A stretch of DNA of 64,000 nucleotides from Methanocaldococcus sp. 28A (lineage in GTDB: Archaea; AGJL01; Methanococci; Methanococcales; Methanocaldococcaceae), in the NCBI GenBank assembly GCA_049852185.1, contig CP187540.1; one strand, written 5' to 3'. Of the stretch, positions 52,395 through 62,011 are shown one piece after another. The translations under genes and the position numbers were made by a program. Position 1 is the stretch's first letter. Each line of letters starts with the position of its first letter. The notes under the pieces were generated by a model. It had not been told where the DNA came from. It did no database searches and saw only the letters and a list, made by a program, of their open reading frames with translations.

Positions 52395-52504
52395 TATAGT
52401 TATGTGCAAAATAAACTAAACTTTAAAAAGGAAATTTTGAATGCCTTCCTTGGAGCATTCATTAATTCCTTATTTTATTTAAAATAGTTTTGCACACAAC
52501 TATA
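52395..52504. repeat. Family A palindromic repeat (reverse orientation)
   Basis: TATAGTTATGTGCAAAA ... TTTTGCACACAACTATA with the core. Confidence 0.85.
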
Positions 52505-52550
52505 ATTAAAAGTCCTAAAAGAATAAAAACCTAAAGAAATAACTATAATT

Positions 52551-52949
52551 ATGGGGGGTGTAAGTATGATATCAAAATATTTGGTTAGAGATGTTATGAA
52601 AAAAGGTGTAGTTGAAGTAACCTTAGATACAAAGTTATGCGATGTTATTAAAACAATGGCAAAATATGACATATCATCTGTTGTAGTTTCTGATGGAGAA
52701 AGATTTTGGGGAATTATAACTGACACAGATATATTAAAACATTATCATGAACTAAATAAAACTGCTGAAGAAATAATGACAGTAAATCCTATAACAGTTA
52801 GTCCCGGAGCTCCATTGGAAAAAGCTATTGAGATTATGGCTGAGAAAGGAATACATCACTTATATGTTAAATCACCATGTGAAGACAAAATTGTTGGTGT
52901 TTTAAGCTCAAAAGATATTATAAAACTATTTTCAGATTTGATTGAATAA
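52551..52949 (+). CDS. CBS-domain protein
   Basis: Single CBS pair (GIITDTD, GVLSSKD). Confidence 0.9.
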   Translation: MGGVSMISKYLVRDVMKKGVVEVTLDTKLCDVIKTMAKYDISSVVVSDGERFWGIITDTDILKHYHELNKTAEEIMTVNPITVSPGAPLEKAIEIMAEKGIHHLYVKSPCEDKIVGVLSSKDIIKLFSDLIE

Positions 52950-53063
52950 ACTTACTAAACTTAATTTTGCAATAATACTATTTTATTTTTCTAAATCTTA
53001 TTAATGTTTATAAACAATATATGGCCATATATTTAAATATGTGGCTATATAGTTTATATTACG

Positions 53064-54323
53064 GTGATAACTATGAGGGTTTATGTTGAAGGTTATGGTT
53101 GCGTATTAAATACTGCGGACACTGAAATTATAAAGAATTCTTTAAAAGAATATGGCTTTGAATTAGTTAATAGCTTAGATGAAGCAGATATTGTAATAAT
53201 AAACACATGTGTCGTCAGATTAGAAACTGAAAATAGAATGATTTACAGAATAAATGAGATTAAAAATTTAGGAAAAGACGTTGTAGTTGCAGGATGTTTG
53301 CCAAAAGCTTTAAAGAATAAGGTTAATGGATTTTTACACATATATCCAAGAGAATCCCATAGAGCTGGAGAAATATTGAGAGATTATATTGAAAAGAACA
53401 AAAGAACAATATATGCTGAAGAAGAAATTAACAAAACACTCTATAGAAAGTTAGATTACTTAAAGCCTTCTTTAATTACACCACTACCAATATGCGAGGG
53501 CTGTTTAGGAAATTGCTCTTATTGTATTGTAAAAATAGCGAGAGGAAATTTAATATCCTACCCAAGGGAAAAAATCGTTAATAAAGCCAAAGAATTGATA
53601 AGTAAAGGAGTTAAATGCTTATTTATAACCGCCCAAGATACTGCATGTTATGGTTTTGATATTGGAGATAACTTAGCTAATTTGTTAAATGAGTTATCCC
53701 AAATAGACGGAGAATTTATAATGAGAGTTGGAATGATGCATGCAAAAAATGTCCAGCCAATATTGGATGAGCTTATAGAAGCTTATCAAAATGAGAAAGT
53801 TGGAAAATTTTTACATCTCCCTTTACAAAGTGGAGATGATGAAATTCTAAATAAAATGAAGAGAGGATATACAGTAGATGAATTTAAAGAAATTGTTAAT
53901 GAATTTAGAAGAAAAGTTAAAAATCTTTGCTTTACAACAGATATAATTGTTGGATTCCCTGGAGAAACAGAAGAGCAGTTTCAAAATACATTAGAAATCT
54001 TAAAAGAATTAAAGCCAGATTATATCCATGGAGCTAAGTATTCCCAAAGGAGAGGAACAGAAGCTGCAAAAATGAAACAGGTAGATACAAAAATTAGGAA
54101 AAGAAGAAGTGAAATATTGGATAAATTGAGAAGAGAATTGAGCTATTTAAACAATAAAAAGTACATTGGAAAAACTCTGAGAGTTTTAGTTTTAAATGAA
54201 GGAAAAGGTTATACTGACAATTTCAAAGTCGTTAAGTTTGAAGGAGGAGATGTTGGAGAGTTTAGAAAAGTAAAAATTACAGATGCTAAGACATTTGGAT
54301 TGAGAGGGGAAATTGTTTCCTAA
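53064..54323 (+). CDS. tRNA methylthiotransferase (MiaB/MtaB-like radical SAM, ms2t6A type)
   Basis: YGCVLN, INTC, AGC, EGCLGNCSYC, DIIVGFPGET; TRAM tail. Confidence 0.9.
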   Translation: MITMRVYVEGYGCVLNTADTEIIKNSLKEYGFELVNSLDEADIVIINTCVVRLETENRMIYRINEIKNLGKDVVVAGCLPKALKNKVNGFLHIYPRESHRAGEILRDYIEKNKRTIYAEEEINKTLYRKLDYLKPSLITPLPICEGCLGNCSYCIVKIARGNLISYPREKIVNKAKELISKGVKCLFITAQDTACYGFDIGDNLANLLNELSQIDGEFIMRVGMMHAKNVQPILDELIEAYQNEKVGKFLHLPLQSGDDEILNKMKRGYTVDEFKEIVNEFRRKVKNLCFTTDIIVGFPGETEEQFQNTLEILKELKPDYIHGAKYSQRRGTEAAKMKQVDTKIRKRRSEILDKLRRELSYLNNKKYIGKTLRVLVLNEGKGYTDNFKVVKFEGGDVGEFRKVKITDAKTFGLRGEIVS

Positions 54324-54336
54324 TTATGCTTTTCTA

Positions 54337-54726
54337 TTACTTCTTTAATTCATTTAAAACTTCATCTAAATCAACTTTTTTAATTTCACCAAATTTAACC
54401 ACATCTCCATCTCCTTCATATCTTGGGATGATATGGAAATGAACATGATTAACCTCTTGCCCAGCAGCTTTTCCATTGTTATTAACTATGTTATATCCAT
54501 CAAAACCTAATTTTTTTAATACCTCAATTGTCTTCTTAACTCCTTTTATAAAATTGCAAAGCTCATCATCTGGCATTTCATCAAATCTTTCATAATGCTT
54601 TTTTGGAATAACTAAAGTATGCCCTCTATTTCTTGGATTTATATCTAAGAAAGCTAAGACATTATCATCTTCATAAACAATCTTTGCTGGAATTTCTCCA
54701 TTAACTATTTTGCAGAATATGCACAT
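54337..54726 (-). CDS. HIT-family hydrolase
   Basis: MCIFCKI..GHTLVIPK..HVHFHIIPR. Confidence 0.95.
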   Translation of the reverse strand: MCIFCKIVNGEIPAKIVYEDDNVLAFLDINPRNRGHTLVIPKKHYERFDEMPDDELCNFIKGVKKTIEVLKKLGFDGYNIVNNNGKAAGQEVNHVHFHIIPRYEGDGDVVKFGEIKKVDLDEVLNELKK

Positions 54727-54735
54727 CTTTTCACC

Positions 54736-54893
54736 TTATTTAATTAACACGTCTTTATACTTAAATAGTAATTCAATTCCATAGGACTCCGTCCTATTGG
54801 GATACTCGGGATGCACTACCTCGCTTACGCTCGGTAGTGCCTCTTTGCTGTTATTTAATTAACACGTCTTTATACTTAAATAGTAATTCAATT
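54736..54893. repeat. 72-bp GC-rich two-hairpin insert (54779-54850) between perfect 43-bp direct repeats
   Basis: TTATTTAATTAACACGTCTTTATACTTAAATAGTAATTCAATT at 54736-54778 and 54851-54893. Confidence 0.92.
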
Positions 54894-56170
54894 ATAGCTC
54901 TTATATCTTTTCCCTGCATCTTTGCTTCATTTAAATATATATTATACAATTGAGGAGTTAATGGTCTCGGCATAGATTTCCACATTTCAGCATGAATCAA
55001 TAAATCAAAACATCTTGCTTCTGCTTCACTCAATCCAAGTTTTTTATATTCACCTTCATGAATCTTATAAAGTAAATTTTCTTCCTTTGGCATAGATAAA
55101 ACTAAATTACACAGCTCTGTTGTAGGAATTGGCTCAGCAATGGATACAAAAACGTCATCGAGTTCAGCATCTACAATGAAATCTTTAGTTAATAGATAAT
55201 CCATCTCTGTCTCTGTTGGATATGCAACTATAAAGCTTCCTGCAACTTTAACTCCACAGTCCTTTGCTAATTTTATTGCATCTAAATTTTTTTCCCTATT
55301 AGTTCCTTTTTTCATATCTTTTAAAATTTTATTACTTCCACTTTCAATTCCATAAAACACCCATCCAATTGTGTAATTCTTTATAGCCTCTAATATATCC
55401 TCATCAACATAATCAACTCTCATATCTGGAACTGATAAATTGTTTTTACCAACAATCTCAGATATCTTTTCCAAAAGTTCAAAAAACTTATTTCTATTTA
55501 CTGATTTTTTGAAGCCATATAAACTTCCAGTTCCTCCACTTATTGCTATTCTTTTTGCTCCATATCTTTTGAATGCCTTAACTTCTTCAACAACATCCTC
55601 AACATCTCTACTCCTAATATTCTTTCCAAAAAACTTTGGAACTTGACAAAATGTGCAATTTCCTAAACATCCTCTGTGCGTTTCAATATAAACATTAGCC
55701 CCCCTAACTGATTGTTGCCCTATGTCTTTTGGTATCAATGGGAGAGGATGATTTAGCTCAGGTTTTTCTTTTGGGTAATTTATTACAATCTCTTCTCCAT
55801 CTCTATAAGCTAAGCCCTCCTTATCTCCTTCAATAATTTTTGGTGTTGTTATCTCTCCCTCTCCAACTATAACTCCATCTACATTTAGTTCATTTAAAAT
55901 AATCTCTGGATAAGCTGAAACACATCCAGCAACATAAACTTTGGTTTTATTTTTTCTTACTTTTTTTATAAAATCTATTGTTTCTCTAATCCTTTTATCC
56001 AATATATGCAAAGTTGAATATAGGCTAAATATAACAACATCTGACTTTAAAAATAATGTTTTATCTATTTTTCTAACTAAATAAACACTATAACCCATAT
56101 TTTTTAAAATTCCGCCAATAAGCATAGAGCCATAGGTATAAACATCTGGACTGTAAATTGTGATTTTCAT
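54851..56170 (-). CDS. Cobalamin-dependent radical SAM methyltransferase (MJ0865 family; probable MCR glutamine C-methyltransferase)
   Basis: B12-binding N-domain (GEGE), ETHRGCLGNCTFC, GIESGS. Confidence 0.75.
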   Translation of the reverse strand: MKITIYSPDVYTYGSMLIGGILKNMGYSVYLVRKIDKTLFLKSDVVIFSLYSTLHILDKRIRETIDFIKKVRKNKTKVYVAGCVSAYPEIILNELNVDGVIVGEGEITTPKIIEGDKEGLAYRDGEEIVINYPKEKPELNHPLPLIPKDIGQQSVRGANVYIETHRGCLGNCTFCQVPKFFGKNIRSRDVEDVVEEVKAFKRYGAKRIAISGGTGSLYGFKKSVNRNKFFELLEKISEIVGKNNLSVPDMRVDYVDEDILEAIKNYTIGWVFYGIESGSNKILKDMKKGTNREKNLDAIKLAKDCGVKVAGSFIVAYPTETEMDYLLTKDFIVDAELDDVFVSIAEPIPTTELCNLVLSMPKEENLLYKIHEGEYKKLGLSEAEARCFDLLIHAEMWKSMPRPLTPQLYNIYLNEAKMQGKDIRAIIELLFKYKDVLIK

Positions 56171-56347
56171 CCAATCCCCTTTAATTTTATTAAAAATTAT
56201 CTAAACAAAGTTAATCTTAATTTTTTTCTATTTTTTTAATTTTAAAAATTTATTTATAACAAAGTATTTTACAACTGTCTAATATCAACATTCGAAGTTT
56301 CTAACTATATATATAATATTCCCAAACCAATAATGTGAGGTGATACT

Positions 56348-56908
56348 ATGGCAGTGATAAAATTGGATAAAGTAAATAAAAACTTTGTAAATGAAGTTAT
56401 TGAAGCAGGGAAGTTGGTTTTAGGAGAAGATGTCGTAAAATCAATTAAAGCATGTTATCAATGTGGAACTTGCACTGGTAGCTGCCCAAGTGGAAGAAGA
56501 ACAGCTTACAGAACAAGAAAAGTTTTAAGAAAGGTTTTGTTAGGTTTAGATGATGTTTTAGATACTGATGATATTTGGTATTGCACAACTTGTTATACAT
56601 GCTACGAAAGATGTCCAAGAGAAGTTAAAATAACTGAAATAATAAAGACATTAAGAAATATTGCAACTCAAAAAGGAAACATGGCTTTAGCACATAGAAA
56701 AACAGCTTCTTATGTTTTAAGATTTGGACATGCAGTTCCTGCAAACAAACAGATTGTTGAATTGAGAGGAAAACTTGGATTACCAGCAAAGTCTCCAACA
56801 GCTCAATTCAGTGAAAAAGACTTAGAAGAAGTTAGAACATTAATTAAAGAGTTAGAATTTGATAAATTAATTGGATTTGACTGGGAAAAAATGGACTTAA
56901 AGGAATAA
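56348..56908 (+). CDS. hdrC: Heterodisulfide reductase subunit C
   Basis: [24 protein letters not shown]. Confidence 0.95.
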   Translation: MAVIKLDKVNKNFVNEVIEAGKLVLGEDVVKSIKACYQCGTCTGSCPSGRRTAYRTRKVLRKVLLGLDDVLDTDDIWYCTTCYTCYERCPREVKITEIIKTLRNIATQKGNMALAHRKTASYVLRFGHAVPANKQIVELRGKLGLPAKSPTAQFSEKDLEEVRTLIKELEFDKLIGFDWEKMDLKE

Positions 56909-56939
56909 AATAAATAAAATAATAAAATTTGGTGATAAG

Positions 56940-57827
56940 ATGAAATATGCATTCTTCTTAGGATGTATCATGCCACACAGATACCCTGGAGTTGAGTTGG
57001 CTACAAAAAAGGTTATGGAAGAGTTAGGAGTTGAGTTAGAATACATGCCTGGAGCATCATGCTGTCCTGCTCCTGGTGTTTTTGGTTCATTCGACCAAAA
57101 AACATGGCTAACTTTAGCAGCAAGGAACTTATGCATTGCTGAAGAGATGGGGTTAGATATTGTAACCGTATGTAATGGATGTTATGGTTCTTTGTTTGAG
57201 GCAGCTCATATCTTACATGAAAATAAAGAGGCATTGGACTTTGTAAATGAAAAGTTAGACAAGATTGGTAAGCAATATAAGGGAACTGTCAAAGTTTTAC
57301 ATCTTGCTGAATTACTCTATAAAGAGATTGGTACTGAAAAGATTAAAGAGAAAGTTGTAAAACCATTAAACAATTTAAATGTCGCTATTCACTACGGATG
57401 CCACTTATTAAAACCATGTGATGTTAAGCATCTTGACAGTCCAGAAAGACCAACATTATTAGAGGATATTGTTACTGCAACAGGAGCTAAGCCAGTTATC
57501 TATAAAGATTATTTAATGTGCTGTGGAGCTGGAGGAGGTGTTAGAGCAAGATTCTTACAAATAGCATTAGACATGACAAGAGAAAAAATAAGAAATATGT
57601 TAGAGGTTAATGCTGACTGTATAGTTAATGTCTGTCCATTCTGTCACTTACAGTTTGATAGAGGACAAATCGAAATTAAGGAGAAGTTTGGTGAAGAATA
57701 CAAGTTGCCAGTTTTACATTTAAGCCAGTTGTTAGGTTTAGCATTTGGAATGAAACCAGAAGAGTTAGCTGTTAGCGTTCATGCAATCCCAGTAGACCCA
57801 GTTTTAAAGAAATTAGGAATAGAATAA
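56940..57827 (+). CDS. hdrB: Heterodisulfide reductase subunit B
   Basis: Two CCG domains (SCCPAPG, CCGAGGG, CPFC). Confidence 0.96.
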   Translation: MKYAFFLGCIMPHRYPGVELATKKVMEELGVELEYMPGASCCPAPGVFGSFDQKTWLTLAARNLCIAEEMGLDIVTVCNGCYGSLFEAAHILHENKEALDFVNEKLDKIGKQYKGTVKVLHLAELLYKEIGTEKIKEKVVKPLNNLNVAIHYGCHLLKPCDVKHLDSPERPTLLEDIVTATGAKPVIYKDYLMCCGAGGGVRARFLQIALDMTREKIRNMLEVNADCIVNVCPFCHLQFDRGQIEIKEKFGEEYKLPVLHLSQLLGLAFGMKPEELAVSVHAIPVDPVLKKLGIE

Positions 57828-57991
57828 ATCATTAGATTAAAATCAATTTTTTTATTTTTATTTTTTATTTTATCTCTTTTTTTTAGATTTTTTATAAGGT
57901 CAATACTAACTTTTTTAAATGTTTATTTTCAATTTGTATTAAAAATTTTCAACAGAGTGGAGAAAATATTTATATAGTAATTGGTGAAATT

Positions 57992-59065
57992 ATGGTTAAT
58001 AATAGAAATGAGATTGAAGTTAGAAAATTAGAACATATATTTTTATGTAGTTACTGCAATGTTGAATATGAAAAAACAACCTTATTAGAGGATATTGAGC
58101 TAATACATAAAGGAATCTGTGGGATTAATTTTGATGACATAGATACAGAAATAGAATTATTTGGAAAACATTTATCTGCTCCAATTATTGTTTCTGGTAT
58201 GACTGGAGGACATAGCAAGGCAAAGGAAATAAATAAAAATATTGCTAAGGCAGTTGAAGAACTTGGCTTAGGAATGGGCGTAGGTTCTCAAAGGGCAGCC
58301 ATTGTTAATGAAGATTTGATAGATACATATAGCATTGTTAGAGATTATACAAACAATTTAATTATAGGTAATTTAGGAGCAGTTAACTTTATAGTTGATG
58401 ATTGGGATGAAGAGATAATTGACAAAGCTGTTGAGATGATAGATGCCGATGCTATTGCCATTCATTTCAACCCATTACAAGAAGTTATACAGCCAGAAGG
58501 TGATTTAAACTTTAAAAACATCTATAAGCTTAAAGAAGTTATTTCAAATTACAAAAAAGGCTATAAAAACATTCCATTTATTGCTAAACAAGTTGGAGAA
58601 GGATTTTCAAAAGAAGATGCATTAATTTTAAAAAATATTGGCTTTGATGCAATTGACATCCAAGGAAGCGGAGGCTCTTCATGGGCAAAGGTTGAATATT
58701 ACAGAGTTAAAGATGAAAACATTAAAAATTTAGTAAAAAAATTTACTAATTGGGGAATTCCTACAGCTGCTTCAATATTTGAAGTAAAAAGTGTTTATAA
58801 TGGCATAGTTATTGGTTCTGGAGGCTTAAGATGTGGTTTAGATATGGCTAAGTGCATAGCAATTGGCTGTGATTGTTGTGCTGTTGCTCTGCCTATATTG
58901 AAAGCTTCTCTAAAGGGATGGGAAGAAGTTGTTAAAGTTTTAGAAAATTACATAAAAGAATTAAAGATAACTATGTTTTTAGTTGGAGCTGAGAATATTG
59001 AAGAGCTTAAAAAAACACCTTATGTAGTTAAAGGAACTTTAAAAGAATGGATTTCTCAGAGATGA
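57992..59065 (+). CDS. fni: Type 2 isopentenyl-diphosphate isomerase
   Basis: RKLEH, MTGG, GVGSQR, HFNPLQE.IQPEGD. Confidence 0.96.
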   Translation: MVNNRNEIEVRKLEHIFLCSYCNVEYEKTTLLEDIELIHKGICGINFDDIDTEIELFGKHLSAPIIVSGMTGGHSKAKEINKNIAKAVEELGLGMGVGSQRAAIVNEDLIDTYSIVRDYTNNLIIGNLGAVNFIVDDWDEEIIDKAVEMIDADAIAIHFNPLQEVIQPEGDLNFKNIYKLKEVISNYKKGYKNIPFIAKQVGEGFSKEDALILKNIGFDAIDIQGSGGSSWAKVEYYRVKDENIKNLVKKFTNWGIPTAASIFEVKSVYNGIVIGSGGLRCGLDMAKCIAIGCDCCAVALPILKASLKGWEEVVKVLENYIKELKITMFLVGAENIEELKKTPYVVKGTLKEWISQR

Positions 59066-59110
59066 AATAAAGTTTTATTGTTAATCCTGTTATCACATTG
59101 ATTTTATTTG

Positions 59111-59351
59111 AATAGGATTTTCGTAGGAATAACCATAGTTTTGTGCAAAAGGATATGAATTGAGTAATGAATATCTTCCTTTGGAAGAATTTCAAATTTT
59201 TAACATCATAAATATTTTAAATGAAATATAAATTGCGAAAGTCTCAATATATGATACCTTTAGATTCAAAATTACCATAATACCTCACCATATTAAAGTG
59301 AATTCAAACAGTTAATTCTTTAATTGGCATATAAACTGCGAAAATTCTATT
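59111..59351. repeat. Composite repeat: family B ends enclosing a family A half-copy
   Basis: AATAGGATTTTCGTAG (59111) vs CTGCGAAAATTCTATT (59336-59351), 14/16 inverted; CATAGTTTTGTGCAAAA at 59134; extra TGCGAAAG at 59234. Confidence 0.6.
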
Positions 59352-59464
59352 TATCTTAGATGTTCGTTTATAAATTTATTTAAAACAATTAAATATTTGC
59401 AGATACAAATACAAAAAATTAAAGAATTTATAAAATTAAAATAAAAATTAAAGGATGTGAGAGT

Positions 59465-60811
59465 GTGAAATTAGAAATTATTGCAATTGGTGGTTATGAA
59501 GAAGTTGGAAGAAATATGACTGCTGTTAATGTAGATGGAGAAATTATAATATTAGATATGGGAATTAGATTAGATAGAGTTTTAATCCACGAAGATACTG
59601 ATATATCAAAACTTCATAGCTTAGAGTTAATTGAAAAGGGAATAATCCCAAACGATACAGTTATGAAAAATATAGAAGGGGAAGTTAAAGCCATTGTTTT
59701 ATCTCATGGCCACTTAGACCACATTGGGGCTGTTCCTAAATTAGCTCATAGATATAATGCTCCAATCATTGGAACTCCATACACAATTGAGTTAATTAAG
59801 AGAGAAATCTTAAGTGAAAAAAAATTTGACGTTAGAAATCCTTTAATTGTTTTAAATGCTGGAGAATCTATTGATTTAACTCCAAACATAACATTAGAGT
59901 TTATTAGAATAACTCACAGTATTCCTGACTCTGTTTTGCCTGTTTTACATACTCCTTACGGAGCTATAGTATATGGAAATGACTTTAAATTTGATAATTT
60001 TCCTGTTGTTGGAGAGAGACCTGATTATAGAGCTATAAAAAAAGTTGGTAAGAATGGGGTTTTATGCTTTATATCAGAAACAACAAGAATAAACCACGAA
60101 GGAAAAACTCCGCCAGAGATTATTGCTTCTGGTTTATTGAAAAATGATTTATTAGCTGCTGACAATGATAAAAATGGTATTATTGTAACTACTTTCTCTT
60201 CTCACATTGCAAGGATAAAATCTATAACTGATATAGCTGAAAAAATGGATAGAACTCCTGTTTTATTAGGAAGAAGTATGATAAGATATTGTGGAATAGC
60301 CCAAGATATTGGAATAGTTAAATTTCCAGATAATTTAAGAATTTATGGAGACCCAAGTTCCATAGAAATGGCTTTAAAGAATATAGCTAAAGAAGGTAAG
60401 GAAAAATATCTAATAATAGCAACAGGACATCAAGGAGAAGATGGCGCTGTGCTATCAAGAATGGCTACTAACAAAACACCATACAAGTTTGATAAATATG
60501 ATTGTGTTGTATTTTCAGCAGACCCTATTCCAAACCCAATAAACGCTGCCCAAAGGTATATGCTAGAATCAAGATTAAAATTGTTAGGAGTTAGAATATT
60601 TAAAGGGGCTCACGTCTCTGGACACGCCGCAAAAGAAGACCATAGAGATATGTTGAGATGGTTGAATCCTGAACACATAATCCCTTCACATGGTGACTTC
60701 AATTTAACTGCTGAATATACAAAATTAGCTGAAGAAGAGGGATATAGATTAGGAGAAGATGTCCATTTATTAAGAAATGGACAATGCTTAAGCTTTGAAA
60801 GAATTATATAA
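59465..60811 (+). CDS. rnj: Ribonuclease J (beta-CASP)
   Basis: GGYEEVGRNM, HGHLDHIG, THSIP, HVSGH. Confidence 0.93.
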   Translation: MKLEIIAIGGYEEVGRNMTAVNVDGEIIILDMGIRLDRVLIHEDTDISKLHSLELIEKGIIPNDTVMKNIEGEVKAIVLSHGHLDHIGAVPKLAHRYNAPIIGTPYTIELIKREILSEKKFDVRNPLIVLNAGESIDLTPNITLEFIRITHSIPDSVLPVLHTPYGAIVYGNDFKFDNFPVVGERPDYRAIKKVGKNGVLCFISETTRINHEGKTPPEIIASGLLKNDLLAADNDKNGIIVTTFSSHIARIKSITDIAEKMDRTPVLLGRSMIRYCGIAQDIGIVKFPDNLRIYGDPSSIEMALKNIAKEGKEKYLIIATGHQGEDGAVLSRMATNKTPYKFDKYDCVVFSADPIPNPINAAQRYMLESRLKLLGVRIFKGAHVSGHAAKEDHRDMLRWLNPEHIIPSHGDFNLTAEYTKLAEEEGYRLGEDVHLLRNGQCLSFERII

Positions 60812-60849
60812 ATAATATAACTTTTTAATAATTTAATAAATGAGGTGGA

Positions 60850-61806
60850 ATGATGCTATTTGATAAAAACATATTACAAAAAATAGATGAGGAATTAAAA
60901 ACTTATGTAAATAAGGATGATAAGTTATATAATGCATCAAAACATCTTTTGTTTGCTGGAGGAAAAAGGATTAGACCATATTTAGCCGTTGCCACTTATA
61001 AGCTAAAGAAAGATGATATTGACGAAGTGTTACCTGCTGCTGTAAGTGTTGAACTCATACACAACTATACATTAATACACGACGACATTATGGATAACGA
61101 TGATGAAAGAAGAGGAAAGAAAACAGTTCATGTAGTTTATGGGGAACCAATGGCAATATTGGCTGGAGATTTATTATATGCAAAAGCTTTTGAAGCTATT
61201 TCAAGAATAAAAGATGCTAAAAAAGCTCATGAAGTTTTAAAAATCTTATCAAAAGCGTGTGTTGATGTTTGTGAAGGTCAAGCAATGGATATGGAGTTTG
61301 AAAACTATTATCCTACAATGGAGGAATACTTAATAATGATTAGAAAAAAGACAGGAGCTTTATTAGAAGCTTCTGTAGAGATTGGGGCAATAATGTCAGA
61401 TTGTAATGAAGAAGAAAAAAAAGCGTTGAAAGAATATGCAACAAGGATTGGATTAACTTTCCAAATACAGGATGATATATTAGATTTAATTGGAGATAAA
61501 AAGAAGATAGGTAAGCCAGTTGGTAGTGATATAAGGGAAGGTAAGAAAACTATAATTGTAATTCATGCTTTAAAAACATTAGATGAAGATAAAAAGAAAA
61601 GGTTATTAGAAATTTTAGGAAATAAAGATATTGGAGATGAAGAGATTAAAGAGGCTATTGATATATTGAAGCCTTCAATAGAATATGCAAAAGAGCTTAT
61701 GAAACAAACAACAGAAGAAGCAAAGAACTATTTAAAGATATTTGATAAAGATAGAAGAAAAGTTTTAGAAGATTTAGCAGATTTTATAATGGATAGGATT
61801 TATTAA
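60850..61806 (+). CDS. idsA: Short-chain isoprenyl diphosphate (GGPP) synthase
   Basis: GGKRIRP, LIHDDIMD..RRG, FQIQDD. Confidence 0.93.
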   Translation: MMLFDKNILQKIDEELKTYVNKDDKLYNASKHLLFAGGKRIRPYLAVATYKLKKDDIDEVLPAAVSVELIHNYTLIHDDIMDNDDERRGKKTVHVVYGEPMAILAGDLLYAKAFEAISRIKDAKKAHEVLKILSKACVDVCEGQAMDMEFENYYPTMEEYLIMIRKKTGALLEASVEIGAIMSDCNEEEKKALKEYATRIGLTFQIQDDILDLIGDKKKIGKPVGSDIREGKKTIIVIHALKTLDEDKKKRLLEILGNKDIGDEEIKEAIDILKPSIEYAKELMKQTTEEAKNYLKIFDKDRRKVLEDLADFIMDRIY

Positions 61807-62011
61807 TGTTAAGGTAAGAAATTATTTAATAGACAGTTAGTTGGTTCTTTCAATATTTTTAAAATCTTATTTTGTATGGAATAATATAGAAACTAAAAAC
61901 GAATAAATAAAAGAAAAAATGGAAATCTCCTATATATTATTATCAAATTAATCACCTTAATAGAAAATATTATATTTTTATTCCTTTATTATTTTCAAAA
62001 TCAATTTCTAA

